Origin: Azolla caroliniana
Lineage: Eukaryota; Plantae; Polypodiophyta
DNA: 64,000 bases
Assembly: GCA_043228905.1 (NCBI GenBank)
Contig: JBHGNT010000007.1
Span: 21,700,001-21,764,000, forward strand
Reading direction: 5' to 3'
Both the position numbers and the translations under genes were made by a program. Each line of letters opens with the position of its first letter. Position 1 is the stretch's first letter. A model generated the notes under the pieces. It did no database searches. It was not told the DNA's origin and was given only the letters and a program-made list of their open reading frames with translations. Of the stretch, positions 13,690 to 26,895 are shown one piece after another.

Positions 13690-14783
13690 TTGGGAAACAA
13701 TGTCTACTAACTTTGTTTATGGACACTCTTTTGTTACAGATTTTGGTGCACTAGTGGATATGTATGCCAAATGTGGTTTGATTATTAAAGCGCAAGATGT
13801 GCTTGAAGAGCTTCCAGTCCGAGATGTAGTTCCTTGGAATATTATGATCGACGAATGTGTGCAAAATGAACAAAATAACAAAGCATTGAGCATCTACGAA
13901 CGAATGCAAAGTGAAGGTCTTGCTCCTGATTCAATCACCTTTATTTTGATTCTGAAAGCATGTAACAACATTGGCCTTATTGAGAAAGGTGAAAAATTCA
14001 TGAAAAGCTTCTCGGGAGAGGATTTTTGGAGAATGATATTGTTCTTCGCACTATTTTAGTGGATATGTATGCAAAATGTGGTGCACCCGAAAAAGCGCAA
14101 CAAGTGCTTGAAGGGCTTTTTGCTCGAGACACTATTTGTTGGAATGCATTAATCATAGGGTATACTCAGCAAGGGCATGACCATGAGGCAGTAAATTGTT
14201 TCAAACAAATGGAAATTGAGGGTCTTTCTCCCAATGGAGTCACTTACCTTTCTATTTTGAAGGCATGTGGCAATTTAGGGTCTATAGAAAAAGGCAAACA
14301 AATTCATGATTAAATTCGGAGCCAAAACTTCATAGAGAAGGATATTGTGCTTGGTAACGCTTTAGTTTATATGTATGCTAAATGTGGAATGCTTGACAAA
14401 GCCCAAAAAGCACTCGAAGACCATTCTAATCGCAATGTCATCACATGGTATGCAATAATTTATGGGTATGTTCAACATGGACAAAGCCATGATGCACTCA
14501 ATAGTTTCAAAAGAATGCAAAATGAGGGTTTATCACCTTATGTAGGGGGCAATTTGACAAGGCTATTTCATTGATCAAGGCAATGCCATTTTTTGAGTAT
14601 TCAGCCATATGGATTTCACTATTGGGTGCTTGTAGGAAATGGAGAAATGTGAAGCTTGGGACTCGATTGTCTTTTGATCAAGCCATACAACTAGATAATA
14701 ATGATGTGGTGGCATATGTTCTCATGGCTGATATATTTGGAAGTGCTAGTATGTTAGAGGATGTAAAAAAATCGAAAACATGA
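13690..14783 (+). pseudogene. PLS-class PPR pseudogene with an E-region remnant
   Basis: Fragmented frames containing ALVDMYAKCG...RDVVPWN, LGNALVYMYAKCG, IWISLLGACRKW and AYVLMADIF. Frameshifts, stops and an internal deletion. Confidence 0.85.
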
Positions 14784-14893
14784 TCAGAATACAACATGAT
14801 TCTTGGAGAAAGCAAGAATATAAACATGCCATGGATGTCTATGTCAATGAGCATGCTATGGATGCTTATATTGATCATGGATGAGTTGATAGA

Positions 14894-15196
14894 TGTTGAG
14901 AATCAAGCTCAACTTGGTCTAGTGTGTGAACTCACCTTGAGAGTGAATAGACACTCCAACGGTCAAGAGTCACCATTAAGTCACCTCTTTGTATTCTAGC
15001 ATTTAGTATGAGTCATAAAATCATATTCTATGACACATAACTTATGAGCTTTCACATTCCCCATGCTCCATGAGCCTTGTAGTTAATGAAGAGAGAGGGT
15101 GACTATATAAAGCACCCTCCTCCCACCTTGTATTAAGTTGTGTCTTTCTCCTTTGTTAATATACTTAACCTTGCGTATACTTTGTGTGTGTGTGTG

Positions 15197-15227
<31 letters not shown>

Positions 15228-18200
15228 ATCTCATACACACACATAGTTCACACCTATTCCGCTTCACAAGAATCCATCTCTTGATTCTTTACATGGTATC
15301 AGAGCGATTTGGTAGCTCGATCTAGCCCATTCGCCTCATCGTGATCGTGTGTTGTGCTCCACGCCGACGACCAAGAACCGGCTCATCGCTATCGTAGCTT
15401 CGCTACATAGCTCACATTCGAAGAGAGAAGAAGAAGAAGAAGAATCGACATAATGAATACTCAAATGGGGAGCGCTCTCCCTACCGAGAAGTTGGATCAA
15501 AACAACTTCGCATCTTGGGAGTACAAGATGCATCAATACCTTGTCGGACAAGGCTATTGGAACTACATCAAAGGAGCGCATGAAGACCGACCCGTCGAAG
15601 CGGCTCCCGGATACATGACATGGGAGCAAGCCGCAAGCCGCGTGATGTATTGCTTGGCGACATGTGTTCACGATCACATGCTCGGCTACATTCGCGAAGC
15701 CAAGACGCCGATGGAGGCATGGGAAAATCTACGAAAGATTTTCGCGGCAAACACGACCGCGAGGAAGCTTCAACTCTGCCAAGAGTTGAACAACATTCAA
15801 CAAAGGGACATGTCCATCACGACATACACCTCGAAGATCAAGGAGCTTTGCGATTCACTCGGCTCAATAAGCGTAAATATCAATGATGATGAGATGGTTC
15901 AAATATGCCTCTGCGGCCTCGCACCACGGTTCGGCCCGATGCGAACCGTCGTTCTAGCACGGGAGAAATCTCCCTCCTTCTTCGAGATCCAATCAATGCT
16001 ATTGGTCGAAGAAAACCACGTGCGTACAAGGAGCAATGAGTCGGAAGACCACATGCTCTACACGCACTCGAACGGAGGAAGAGGAAGCGGAGTCGAGAGG
16101 CCGATTCGGCCAAGGACAAGGCGGACGAGGTCCGACCTACGATAACAACTCCCAATTTCGGCCGCAAAACGGAAGCCAACGAGGAACCTTCGCAAGAAGG
16201 GGGAGCTTCCACTCTGGCCCGAGCCGTCAAAACGCAACCGAATGCGGATATTGCGGAAAGCTCGGCTTCCACAAGCCGACAACTCACGAATTACGCACAC
16301 AATTCTGACTACGAGGATCGTGGCAGAATGTACGCATACAACTCCGACCGTGGCAAAATGTTCATGATGAAACATAGAGCAAACTCTATGTCGGCCTCTA
16401 CCTCAACTAGTGCCCTCAATCCGGAGGACGTATGGTTTCTTGACTCCGGAGCCTCAAACCATATGACATCTCATAAAGAATGGTTTCTCAAACTTCGAGA
16501 GCTGGAGCGACCCAGTTATGTCGAAACCAGAGATGACACTACGCACCCGATTCGGCACATCGGCAATGTTCCGTTCGGAAAAGAAGGTAAGCAAAATGAC
16601 ATTAAAAATGTCTTGCATGTACCGACCATTACGAAGAATTTGGTATCCATCGGCCAAATTGTAGAGCAAGGGATGCAAGTTCGATTTAATCAAGGCAGTT
16701 GCTTCATCGAAAAAGAGGGCCGACTCATCGCACGCGGACAAAGAGAGGGCCGAATGTTCATTCTCGACCCACACGAGATGAAATCGCCAATGTTCGCAAA
16801 GGGCATGAAAACCGACTCCGACATAGAGTTGTGGCACAAGCAAATCGGCCACATCAATCTCAACAAACTCAAAGCAATGAAATCGAAAGGAGTCATCATC
16901 GGACTACCGACATTCAAAGAAAAGGAGATTGAAGGTATATGCGAAGCGTGCCAATTCGGCAAGCAACACCGACACCCATTCCCAAAAGAGCGGAACGTGA
17001 GCAAAGGTCTACTCGACGTAGTCCATTCCGACGTATGGGGACCGGCGCAGACGGCTACATTCGGCGGATACCGATATTACGTGCTCTTCATCAACGACTT
17101 CTCTAGGCACACTTGGATCTACCCGATGCGGCAAAAGAGCAAAGTGTTCGAACACTTCCAAACATTTAAGAATGAAGTCGAGAACGCCACGAGCCGACAT
17201 GTATGTTGCCTTCGATCAGATGGCAACAAGGAGTACTTCTCGGACGATTTCATGGTGTATCTCCGAAATGAAGGAATTCGGCGAGAATTCACTTGCCGAC
17301 ACACTCCGCAACAAAACGGGGTAGCTAAGCGCAAAAATCGACACATCCTCAAAGTAGCACGAGCTATGATGAATGAGAAGCATATGCCCAAGTCATATTG
17401 GGCTGAAGTTGCAAATACGACCGTCTACCTAATGAACCGGTGCACAACATCCGGCGTGCACGAGGTCACTCCGCATGAAAAATACTTCGGAAAGAAGTCG
17501 AACTTATCGCACACCCGAATATTCGGCGCAATAGCGTACGTGCACATCCCCGACGAGAAGCGTCAAAAGCTTGACCCGAAGTCGGAGAAATGTATCCTCG
17601 TAGGATACTCACTCGAACAAAAGGTTTACAAGTGCTACAACCCCTCAACTCGAAAATCTCGAGTAAGTCGAGACGTCGTTTTTGACGAGTCCGCATTCTG
17701 GTACGCACCAGAGACAACTTCGCCTCTGACTCCGCTCGACCCGGAATCTGCCGAACAAGAGATCGAGGATGAAGATCGCCCTACGCGCATGATCGAAGAA
17801 AGTCTGATCACGACCCGACTGAGCGAACCACAAAAGCCTTTGAGCGATCAAAGCACATCACGGCCTAGCTCGAAGATGGACAAAGGCAAGGCGAAAATGG
17901 CAAAATATGAAGACGATCGCTTCGACGACGATGAATCGACTCACTCACTCAACAGTGAGTTCAGCGGCTTCGATGTACCAATCGGAGCTAAGAAAGCCCT
18001 CATCTCTGCAAATGAAAAGCTCCGCCGATCCACTCGTGAAAAGAACCCTGTAAGCCGATTCGGCTACAATGATTATATGGTGTACCATTACGCCTTTATG
18101 ATGAAGGTAGCGACAGTACGGGAGCCGGAAACCTTTTCGGAAGCCGCGAAGGACCCGCGATGGATCGAAGCAATGAACGAGGAGATGCAGGCACTACAGA

Positions 18201-20166
18201 AGAACAAGACATGGGATCTTGTTCCCACCTCACCACACAAAAAGGCGATCGGATGCAGATGGATCTACAAAGTGAAGTACAACGCTGACGGTTCCGTCAA
18301 CTGCTACAAAGCGCAACTCGTAGCGAAAGGCTACGCACAAACGCACGGAGTTGACTACGAAGAGACCTTTGCCCTGGTGGCAAAGTTGACGATGGTACGA
18401 ACCGTAATTGCGCTTGCCGCAGCGAAAGGGTGGCACCTCCATCAAATGAACGTCAAGAACGCCTTTTTACAAGGCCAATTAGAAGAGGAGGTGTACATGA
18501 TACAACCACCCGCCTTCAACTCGAGCACCCATCCGAAAGTTGTATGCCGACTCAAGAAGCCACTCTACGGCCTCAAGCAAGCACCGCGTGCTTGGCATTC
18601 GAAGATAACGCAATATCTTCATCAAATCGGCTTTCGTATGTCAAAATCGGACAACTCCCTCTACATACGAAGCGATTCCGCAAGTCCGCTCATCATCATC
18701 TTATATGTGGATGACCTAGTCATTGGAGGTGAGCATCTCGTCGAAATCAATAAAGTCAAATCCCTCCTTTCTGACAAGTTCGAGATGATAGACATGAAGG
18801 AACTCCACTACTTCCTCGGCATCGAGGTAATTCGGACTCCGACCGGAATCATGATTTCTCAACGGCACTACATCCTCAACTTGCAAATCCGTGGCAACCC
18901 CGCTCGATCGTAATCTCAAACTAGATGCGAACTCCAGCACCAAAGCGTGTGAGCCGACTCAGTATCGACAACTCATCGGGAGTCTCATCTACCTCACGAT
19001 CACTCGACCCGATCTCAGTTATCTGGTCGGTCTCCTTAGTCAATTCATGCAAACACCGCGTGATACTCACTTGGATTGCGCTAAGAGAGTTCTACGGTAC
19101 GTGAGCGGCACAATGGATTGCAGCATCCTCTACAAGACCGCAATGCCAATACGCCTCGAGGGGTACACAAATGCTGATTGGGCCGGCTACAAAGTCGATA
19201 GAAGATCAATCTCCGGATTTGTTTTCTCCCTCGGCAGTGGAGGAATATCCTGGAGTAGCAAGAAGCAACCTATCGTCGCTCTTTCGAGTACGGAGGCGGA
19301 ATTCAGGGACACAGTCGTAGCTGCGTGTGAAACCGTATGGCTCAAGAGGATTTTGAAGGATTTGGGCGTACCCATCAAGGATCTGACTTCCCTTTACTGC
19401 GACAACATGAGCAGTATCTATCTGGCTCAGAACCCGGTGTTCCACGCACGGACAAAGCACATCGAAGTGCATTATCACTTCATCCGAGAGCGCGTTCTAG
19501 CTGGCGATGTCAACCTACAACACATTAGCACAAATCTTCAAACGACCGACATCTTCACTAAAGCCTTAGGAGCCGACAAGCTGTGGCAATTCATGACCAA
19601 TCTCGGATTGACGATCCCTGACCTGCCAAGCTTGAGGGGGAGTACTGAAGATATTACGCAATAACGCGTGGATTATGCAACCACGCAACGAAGCCGCGAA
19701 GAGGCGCAAAGCCGCAAAGAAAGACGCAAGCCGAAGCACAGCCTTCGCAACTGCGCACAACGCAAGCTGGAGCACGGATTCCGCAACTCCGCATAAATGT
19801 GAGTCGACGCGGACTCCAGAACGCGAGTCGAAGCGGATTTCGGATACCGTCTGAAACCAACCCGACTTGAGCTTGAGGGGGCGTGTTGAGAATCAAGCTC
19901 AACTTGGTCTAGTGTGTGAACTCACCTTGAGAGTGAATAGACACTCCAACGGTCAAGAGTCACCATTAAGTCACCTCTTTGTATTCTAGCATCTAGTATG
20001 AGTCATAGAATGATATTCTATGACACATAACTTATGAGCTTTCACATTCCCCATGCTCCATGAGCCTTGTAGTTAATGAAGAGAGAGGGTGACTATATAA
20101 AGCACCCTCCTCCCACCTTATATTAAGTTGTGTCTTTCTCCTTTGTTAATATACTTAACCTTGCGT

Positions 20167-20211
<45 letters not shown>

Positions 20212-20273
20212 CACACACACACACAGTTCACACCTATTCCGCTTCACAAGAATCCATCTCTTGATTCTTTACA
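14894..20273 (+). mobile_element. Full-length Ty1/Copia LTR retrotransposon with ~400-bp LTRs, defective
   Basis: LTRs 14894-15293 and 19884-20273 (TGTTGAG...TTTACA), with about 4 substitutions outside the microsatellite. PBS TGGTATCAGAGC at 15294. PPT TTGAGGGGG. Perfect TSD ATAGA. Confidence 0.96.
15453..19664 (+). pseudogene. Copia gag-pol, frameshifted and carrying deletions
   Basis: gag (15453), WFLDSGASNHMT, VVHSDVWGP, LVAKGYAQ, YVDDL, RTKHIEVHYHFIRE, split across four ORFs. Confidence 0.93.
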
Positions 20274-20730
20274 ATAGATCTGGTGGGTTTTAACAACTCA
20301 TAAACATGAACATACCATTAATATCTATATCAATGAGCATGCCATGGATGCATTTACTGATGAGATTAACATGGACTTCTATATCGATGGTGGCTGTATA
20401 TAAGGGAATCTGAATTTGCAACCTATGAACACAAATATATAATGGATATTGATGAACATGCAATGAAATTTCTACCCATAATGCATAGATCTAGGGGAAC
20501 TTGAGTTCACAAAATCAAGGGTCATGAACCCAAGCTCAAGGCTTGGAGAAAGCAAGGAATATTGAACATCAATGTACAAAAAAGTATGTGTGGTTATTGT
20601 ATATACACATCAAATCGGCCATGATGAGAGTACAAGGGAATCGATTGGTATATCCAACACAACTTTTGTATTTCTTATGATTTTATAATACCAGGGAGTA
20701 TCTTTTTGTCAGCAAAAAAAAAACCCTCAT

Positions 20731-21300
20731 GCTCTAATACCATGTAAAGAACCAAAGAATATTGTTTTACGAAGATAAAGTATGTACACATACTTAAAAT
20801 GGATTAAGCAATTAGATTTTGAGATTATGTGCATGTTGAGAGGAGAAGGAAATAGGTACACAATTATACACCAAAGACCAAACAAAATGGGTGATGCTTA
20901 TACAATGAAGCTACAAATAACACTAAGAACAGAATAACTTTAAAACAAGGATAACAAACTATATAATCAACACTTTATACAAGAAGGCAAAGGCTTAGTT
21001 TATATATTCAAGTCCACTTACAAGTTAGGATCAATTGAAATGATGGGAGAATGTGTCGAATATAGAAAATATCCACTCCATTCAATGAGAAGACATGTTC
21101 CCCTTCATATAGTCAATGATGGAATTGGACTTTTACACACATGTACACATGTCCTAAGGATTACGTGTCACAAACAAGGTCTTTGGTTGAGCTTATTAGC
21201 TCAACAATAAAACCCCAACAGGTTCACTTACTTACTAAACAATAACATTTCCCACCGAAGCAAATGAGAGTGTTCACACAACGTGAATGTTGTGTCAACA
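20731..21300 (-). mobile_element. Copia-type LTR with adjacent PBS and no recognisable internal domain
   Basis: Minus strand ...TCTTTACA|TGGTATTAGAGC (PBS 20742-20731), a TATA-like TATATAAAC near 21000, and a possible start TGTTGACA at 21300 (uncertain). Confidence 0.55.
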
Positions 21301-21604
21301 TAATTCACACATTTGTGAATCATGTTTCTGTCGGCACTACAAATCGATTCATGTTTCTCCATGTCTATGATTACGAGAGCGAATTTTCGACACAAGGCGA
21401 GAGTATATGCACGAACAAGAGATGGAGCATTAAACTTCCGTTTGTTTTCCTATACATATATGCACGAGAAGAGGAGAGTAGAAGCATATAGATTCATAAG
21501 TTTGAGATGGGGACCCTATTCTCTCAATAACCAAAAATCTATATTCATATATTTCTAATAATTGTGATCAAATTTCTCAAAAGGAGAGCACGTGGATGAA
21601 GACA

Positions 21605-21666
21605 TATCTATATATGTATATATATGTGTATATGTATATGTATACATACAATGATACATATATACA

Positions 21667-21697
<31 letters not shown>

Positions 21698-21848
21698 GTG
21701 TATGTATGTATGTATGTATGTGTATGTATGTATGTATACACATATGTAGATATATGTGTACACGTAGATGTATATGAATACATACATATATACGTACATA
21801 CTATGTATGTATGTATGTATACATATATATATATATATATGTATCCAT
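21605..21848. repeat. (TA)/(TACA)/(TATG) compound microsatellite
   Basis: Read directly. Confidence 0.95.
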
Positions 21849-23138
21849 GTGCATTTTTTCTTCCTTTTATCACTTAGATTTTCCGACACCATCACACACG
21901 CCCCAGGAACAGAGCATCTTTTCTCTTCATTTTTATTTTTGTTCTTTTATGAATTGGTCGAGAAGATCGATGAAAAGCTGAGCAATTGATTCAAACACAG
22001 GTAAGAGATCATGGTTTCTTTCTTTGCCAGTTTTTGGGTGAATTTTCTCTCTGGGTAGTAGTAGAGAGACAGAAGCAGAGTTTCTTGCCTGGAGACCAAA
22101 GTTTGTGCGTAATTGATTGAAGTGAATGATCTGACAAAAATCTTTCAAAAAATGGAAAGCAAATTTTGAGAAACCCATGCTCGAGATTGAAGAATTTGAA
22201 AACGTCCATCATTTGTGTTAGACTCAAATTTAAGGATGGAAAAAAGAAAAGCCCTAAATCACTTAGGCATCAAATAGAAGAAAAGTTTTCTGATCAGAAC
22301 ATATATGTTTAAACAAGAAGAAGAGAAGTGGTATATGCTTTTGCGTAATCTACCTTAAATTATTAGAAAAGAGGAACTTTTTCGGGGGTCATTTAAGGCT
22401 CAGAATGCTACTCATCAGAATAGAAGAATATGCTGTAATAACTGTATGGATTTCCAAACGACAACAACTAGAAGAATATAAAGGAAAACAGAAATTCCTA
22501 TTTTTCACAAAGAAAACTTAACCACACTGCTTGATAGCACTGTCCTAGAGGCAAGCATAAAAAGAAAATATAAGTTCCTATTTCTCATGAAGAAAAATAA
22601 CTGCACTGCTTAGCAGCACTTGTCATCAGTTTGAGGAAAAACTGGCATAAAACCTTTTTAATACATCCATTTGTTTTCCAAAACCGTAGATCCACCATGT
22701 GTGTCCAGATAGATGTATATACAACCACAAAGTTTATAACTGATGATCACTATAAGATATTTTATTGCCTTCTCTAGTGGTAAATTCAATGGATGTTTAA
22801 AAATATTACGAATAAGGTAATTATAAATCTAGGTTGGATTGCATGCTATATAGAGAAGTTATATAAACAGTGGAGCTAATTCATTTTCAATGGTGGGGTT
22901 TTTTCTATGATGATGCACTTATGAATGCTTGTAGTACTATGTTCCTTGCAGCTAGTTTTCTTAACTTGTATGTATTGTTTTTTGACTGTGTATATATTAA
23001 CTTATATAATCATTGGTTTGATTTACAATTTGGTATGCCATTTCTTATAATTTTGCTGTTTTCTTCTTTGTCATCCAGGCACTTCAAGCATATAATGAAT
23101 GAGGCACCGAAAAAAATAATAGAAATTGTTTTCTACAC

Positions 23139-26100
23139 ATGATGATGTCAATATTGTTCCTTATGGGGAAACGACTATTTCTCATGCCACATTTGACGTC
23201 AGTTTGGGAGATCTTAATGCGATTCATTACACATTTGGCAGGACCTTGGTGTTCTTTGTTTTGGTTTTGCCTCAGAGCGTACATGTTGCTATGGGCTGGA
23301 ATTAGCTATATTAGTATGAAGATACTGTTTGTGCCAATTCAAATATACAAGTCAATGTTAAAAGAATATAAGGTAAGGGTGATGGTTTTCTTTAATGGAT
23401 CCTTGTTTAGCATTATAATTTCTTTCAAATTTACATCTTTTCTTATATTCTCTCCTATGCCCATGCCCATATTTATGAGGGTGTTGTCTCATCGTCAGCA
23501 CCCTACTTCTACATTCCAGATTAGTTGTTGTGACCTTCTAATGTTTCTACTGATATGCCGCCTAAGAAAGCATCACATTGCCAACTGTAGAAAATTTTAT
23601 GCTGGTCTAAATTCAGACCTTCACCCACCTTCCTTTTAACATAGAGATTCTTCTTGGTTGGTTGGACATTGGTGATACCTGCAATCCACAAAGAAACTGA
23701 TCTGTCTGTCATTAGTGAAGACAGACTTGCTCCATCTTGATTCATGAAAAGGTGAGCTTCACCATGAATGACAAGTTCCCTTGCATCTTTCACTACCAAG
23801 AGCAACTATTTTTTGGTCTGCGTCTTAAGTGACTTGGTGCCATCCACTGGACACTTTTTGGCCATTGCACACCATAACCCACTAAAGGCAATAGCAATGG
23901 GAAACATTCTGGTTTGGAATTGTTGGATATAATCAATGATCAACCCCAAGTTGTCAATTTATCCCCATATGTACTCTTAGAGTGCACATTTTGTGATAGC
24001 GCCCCAAATGAGGAGTAGCTATTGTGCAACCCGACCATATGGGTCGATAAGGTATCAATCTAGGAAACCTTAGATGAGTAGGACACCATGTATTTAGGAA
24101 AGAGCGAAGTAGGCTAATAGGATTGACTAATTAAGTCAACTAGAAGAATATTTTGTGGGCAAGTTACGATGTACTTAGTCTTGAAGTATGTGCCATTGAC
24201 TTTAAGATAAATACTATCTAGCACTAGCTTGTATCTAAGGAGCTGCTGGGTCATATTAAATGACAAGTCACTTGATAGAATAGGAATATCTCCAGTATTA
24301 TCAACTGACTTGCACATTTAATGAGAGAATATAATCCACTCTCTTAAACAGTGGCTGTGACTATTATCGGTCCCCACTAATTTTGTATTGAGCTGGTCCA
24401 GATCCCATATAAGCTTTTCAAGGTGTGAGCGCATGGGTGAACTACCATTGTGAGCTACTCTCATAAGTAATAGAAAGTTTTTTTTCATATATCCATCACT
24501 GTGATTGTAACTCTATATATCTATCTAATCGATTCTCAATATTTCTAATAGGAATTGTGTTCTATCTAAAACTCATTCATTAATCAGAACAGCATGCCAA
24601 ATTTGCTGCTTTGAAGTCAGACACATTTGTTCAAGAACGAATACTGCTGTCTGACACCCAATTTAAAGCAGCCACCAAACTCGTAGATATTACTTCATCT
24701 CTTGAACATTTTTCATAGAACAAAGTGGCCCATATGCCTTTCTCTAATTCCTTCCAGGGAGAAAATTGATTGTGACCCAATCTACAACTCCTCCCACAAT
24801 TCCAACTTCCTGACATTTTAATGAACACACTCACATGCCACAATTATGACAGCCATACTCAAATTTCGTCGTTCTCTTTCTGGATAGTAGTTAGAGGCAG
24901 AGTTTGTTATCCATGTGGCAGGGGCACTTTGACGATACTATCAAATTAGAGTTAAAAGTAGTCCAAGACACCTTCTAGCATGAGAGAGAGAGAGAGAGTT
25001 AGTGAATGTCTACTCTATAACCGTCTGTCTGTCAGACGAAGATCTCAAGGTCGTTGCCTCAGAGTTTCTTATTGTACTTCCTCTCAACATAGTGATTTAG
25101 TTTGGAGTTTGTGGACTCCACGTGGTTTTTCCCTTTCGGGTTTCCATGTTAAAATACTCGTGTCTTTGTATCTTTTCGTTTCTACTCTTCGTTTTTCTGT
25201 CTGTGCATTATTTTGCTCATTTCTTTGCGTCCAAATACGCATACGAGAAACTGGTTGTGGCCGGTTACGATCCTAACAGTATCCTCAGAGGTTTATTCGG
25301 ATCAATCACATCTACTATCGGCTTTTTATCATTTCCCAAAGTATGTTTGCAGCAGCTTGTATGAGTCAGCGTTTGAACTTCCATAACAAACTAGTTGGTT
25401 CCATCAAGCTTCTCATCTCTGAGTATATGTGGTGTCATCCTGATCCCCACGTTCCAATGCCTGCATGTAATATGTTACGCAATTCCCCATGATTACCTAA
25501 ATCTTTATTTTCTAAACCTGGAAAGTAGCAAAATGCATTATATTCTCTATTTCTTTAAAACTGTCAAATTTATGTCCCCCCAAGCCAAAATGGTTTAGCT
25601 TCATCTGTACAGGTGTATCTGTAATAATTGGAACACGCCAAAAATAATGTTGAGACTAGCTTATGAGAATCTATTGGAATAACTTTCCCGTTTAAAGTGC
25701 ATTTCTATGACTTGACTGTCAAGAATAATTCAGTCAGTGTGGTTCAAGGCAGCAACAAAGAGATTGTCCACACTTAATACTTGGCACATGTTGCCTCGTG
25801 AACCTTCATTTCCACTTGCATGCGCCAGAACAACTACTTGGCTGTACCTTGGTCAACAATATGAGGCGGGTGGCATACATTGCTCATCTGCCGATAACAC
25901 GCGTTTTTTTGATTAAACAAGAGAAATATAATTTGCAGTGCTATCACATATAATTCAAAACAGAAGAATAAACTTGTCATGTAAATAACGGAGAATGTGA
26001 TTTGTGATGCTGACATATAATGTGAAATAGAAAGATGTACTTGTTATATTAACAACTTGAAACATGTACTTGTCAAATGCAGATAGAAATACAGATGAAA

Positions 26101-26895
26101 GAAACCCGTAAACTTCAAATCGAGTCTGAGAAAAGAAGTATGAAACTTGCAAATGAGTTGACACAAGTAAAAGCTGAGAACATGCAGTTGCGTGAGTTGC
26201 TGAACAAGGCTGAAAGAGTCAGGGACAGGATTCATAAGAACTATAAAGCACTCGAACTGCATGTAATGGCAAACTTGCAAGCAACATGTTTTTTGCTCTT
26301 TTGTTAAGATAGTAATGATAATAATATTCAAAAGCAAGAAGTTATTGCTGATTTTCATCGTTATTTTCTGTAGGTAATAGAAGTGGAGGAAGAAAATGAG
26401 ACTCTGAGAACACACAGAGAGAAAAGCTTGGCTCATTTGTACTTGAATCAAGAAGCTGTCTCGTCTGTGGTGAATGATGTAGGATTTTCAAATCAATTAT
26501 TTGTTGAACCTGGAAACATGGCCAGCAAAATGCCATCAGTGCCCGATTTCAAAATCGACGATCCATCCAGTCGCAATGTCAAACATATTGATGAGAAATA
26601 TGGAATTCAAGATAGTGGATTGTCATCCACAATGGTCAGTGTTTTCCTGTCTATGCTTGTTGCAGTCATTGTATGGCATGCAGAAGAGCCATGCAGACCC
26701 CTTGTAGTGGCTGTATTTATGGTTGCATGTGGATCCTTGAAGTCAGTTGTACATTCTCTCATAACAAGAAATGGTGGGCGAGGACTCGATGTTTTGTTAC
26801 TTTTTGGGCTTAATTGGTTTATCCTTGGTATTCTGACTTCCCCAGCATTCCCTCTATTTCGCCTCTCCCAACAATCTTCTGTCACTGTATCCTAA
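23139..26895 (+). CDS. Conserved uncharacterised coiled-coil membrane protein (At5g45310-like); coding exons 23139-23372, 26083-~26262 and 26374-26895, plus a 5'UTR exon ending at 22000
   Basis: Phase-0 sites AAG|GTAAGG, CAG|ATA, CAT|GTAATG and TAG|GTA join into one frame: N-terminal hydrophobic segment, coiled coil, then C-terminal VWHAEEPCRPLVVAVF...SLKSVV...NWFILGILTSP, recalled as conserved in land plants. The donor of the middle exon is uncertain. Confidence 0.75.
24980..25278 (+). mobile_element. 3' half of a Copia LTR in an intron, related to the 5431 element LTR
   Basis: Shares (AG)n, GGTCGTTGCCTC, GTGGTTTTTCCC..GGGTTTCCA and GGTTGTGGCCG, and ends TCCTAACA. Confidence 0.65.

Noticed and set aside
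14796-14893. 27-bp degenerate repeats (NEHAMDAYI-like) continuing at 20280-20470
   Set aside because: Too decayed to call coding; they only confirm that the Copia split a pre-existing repeat.
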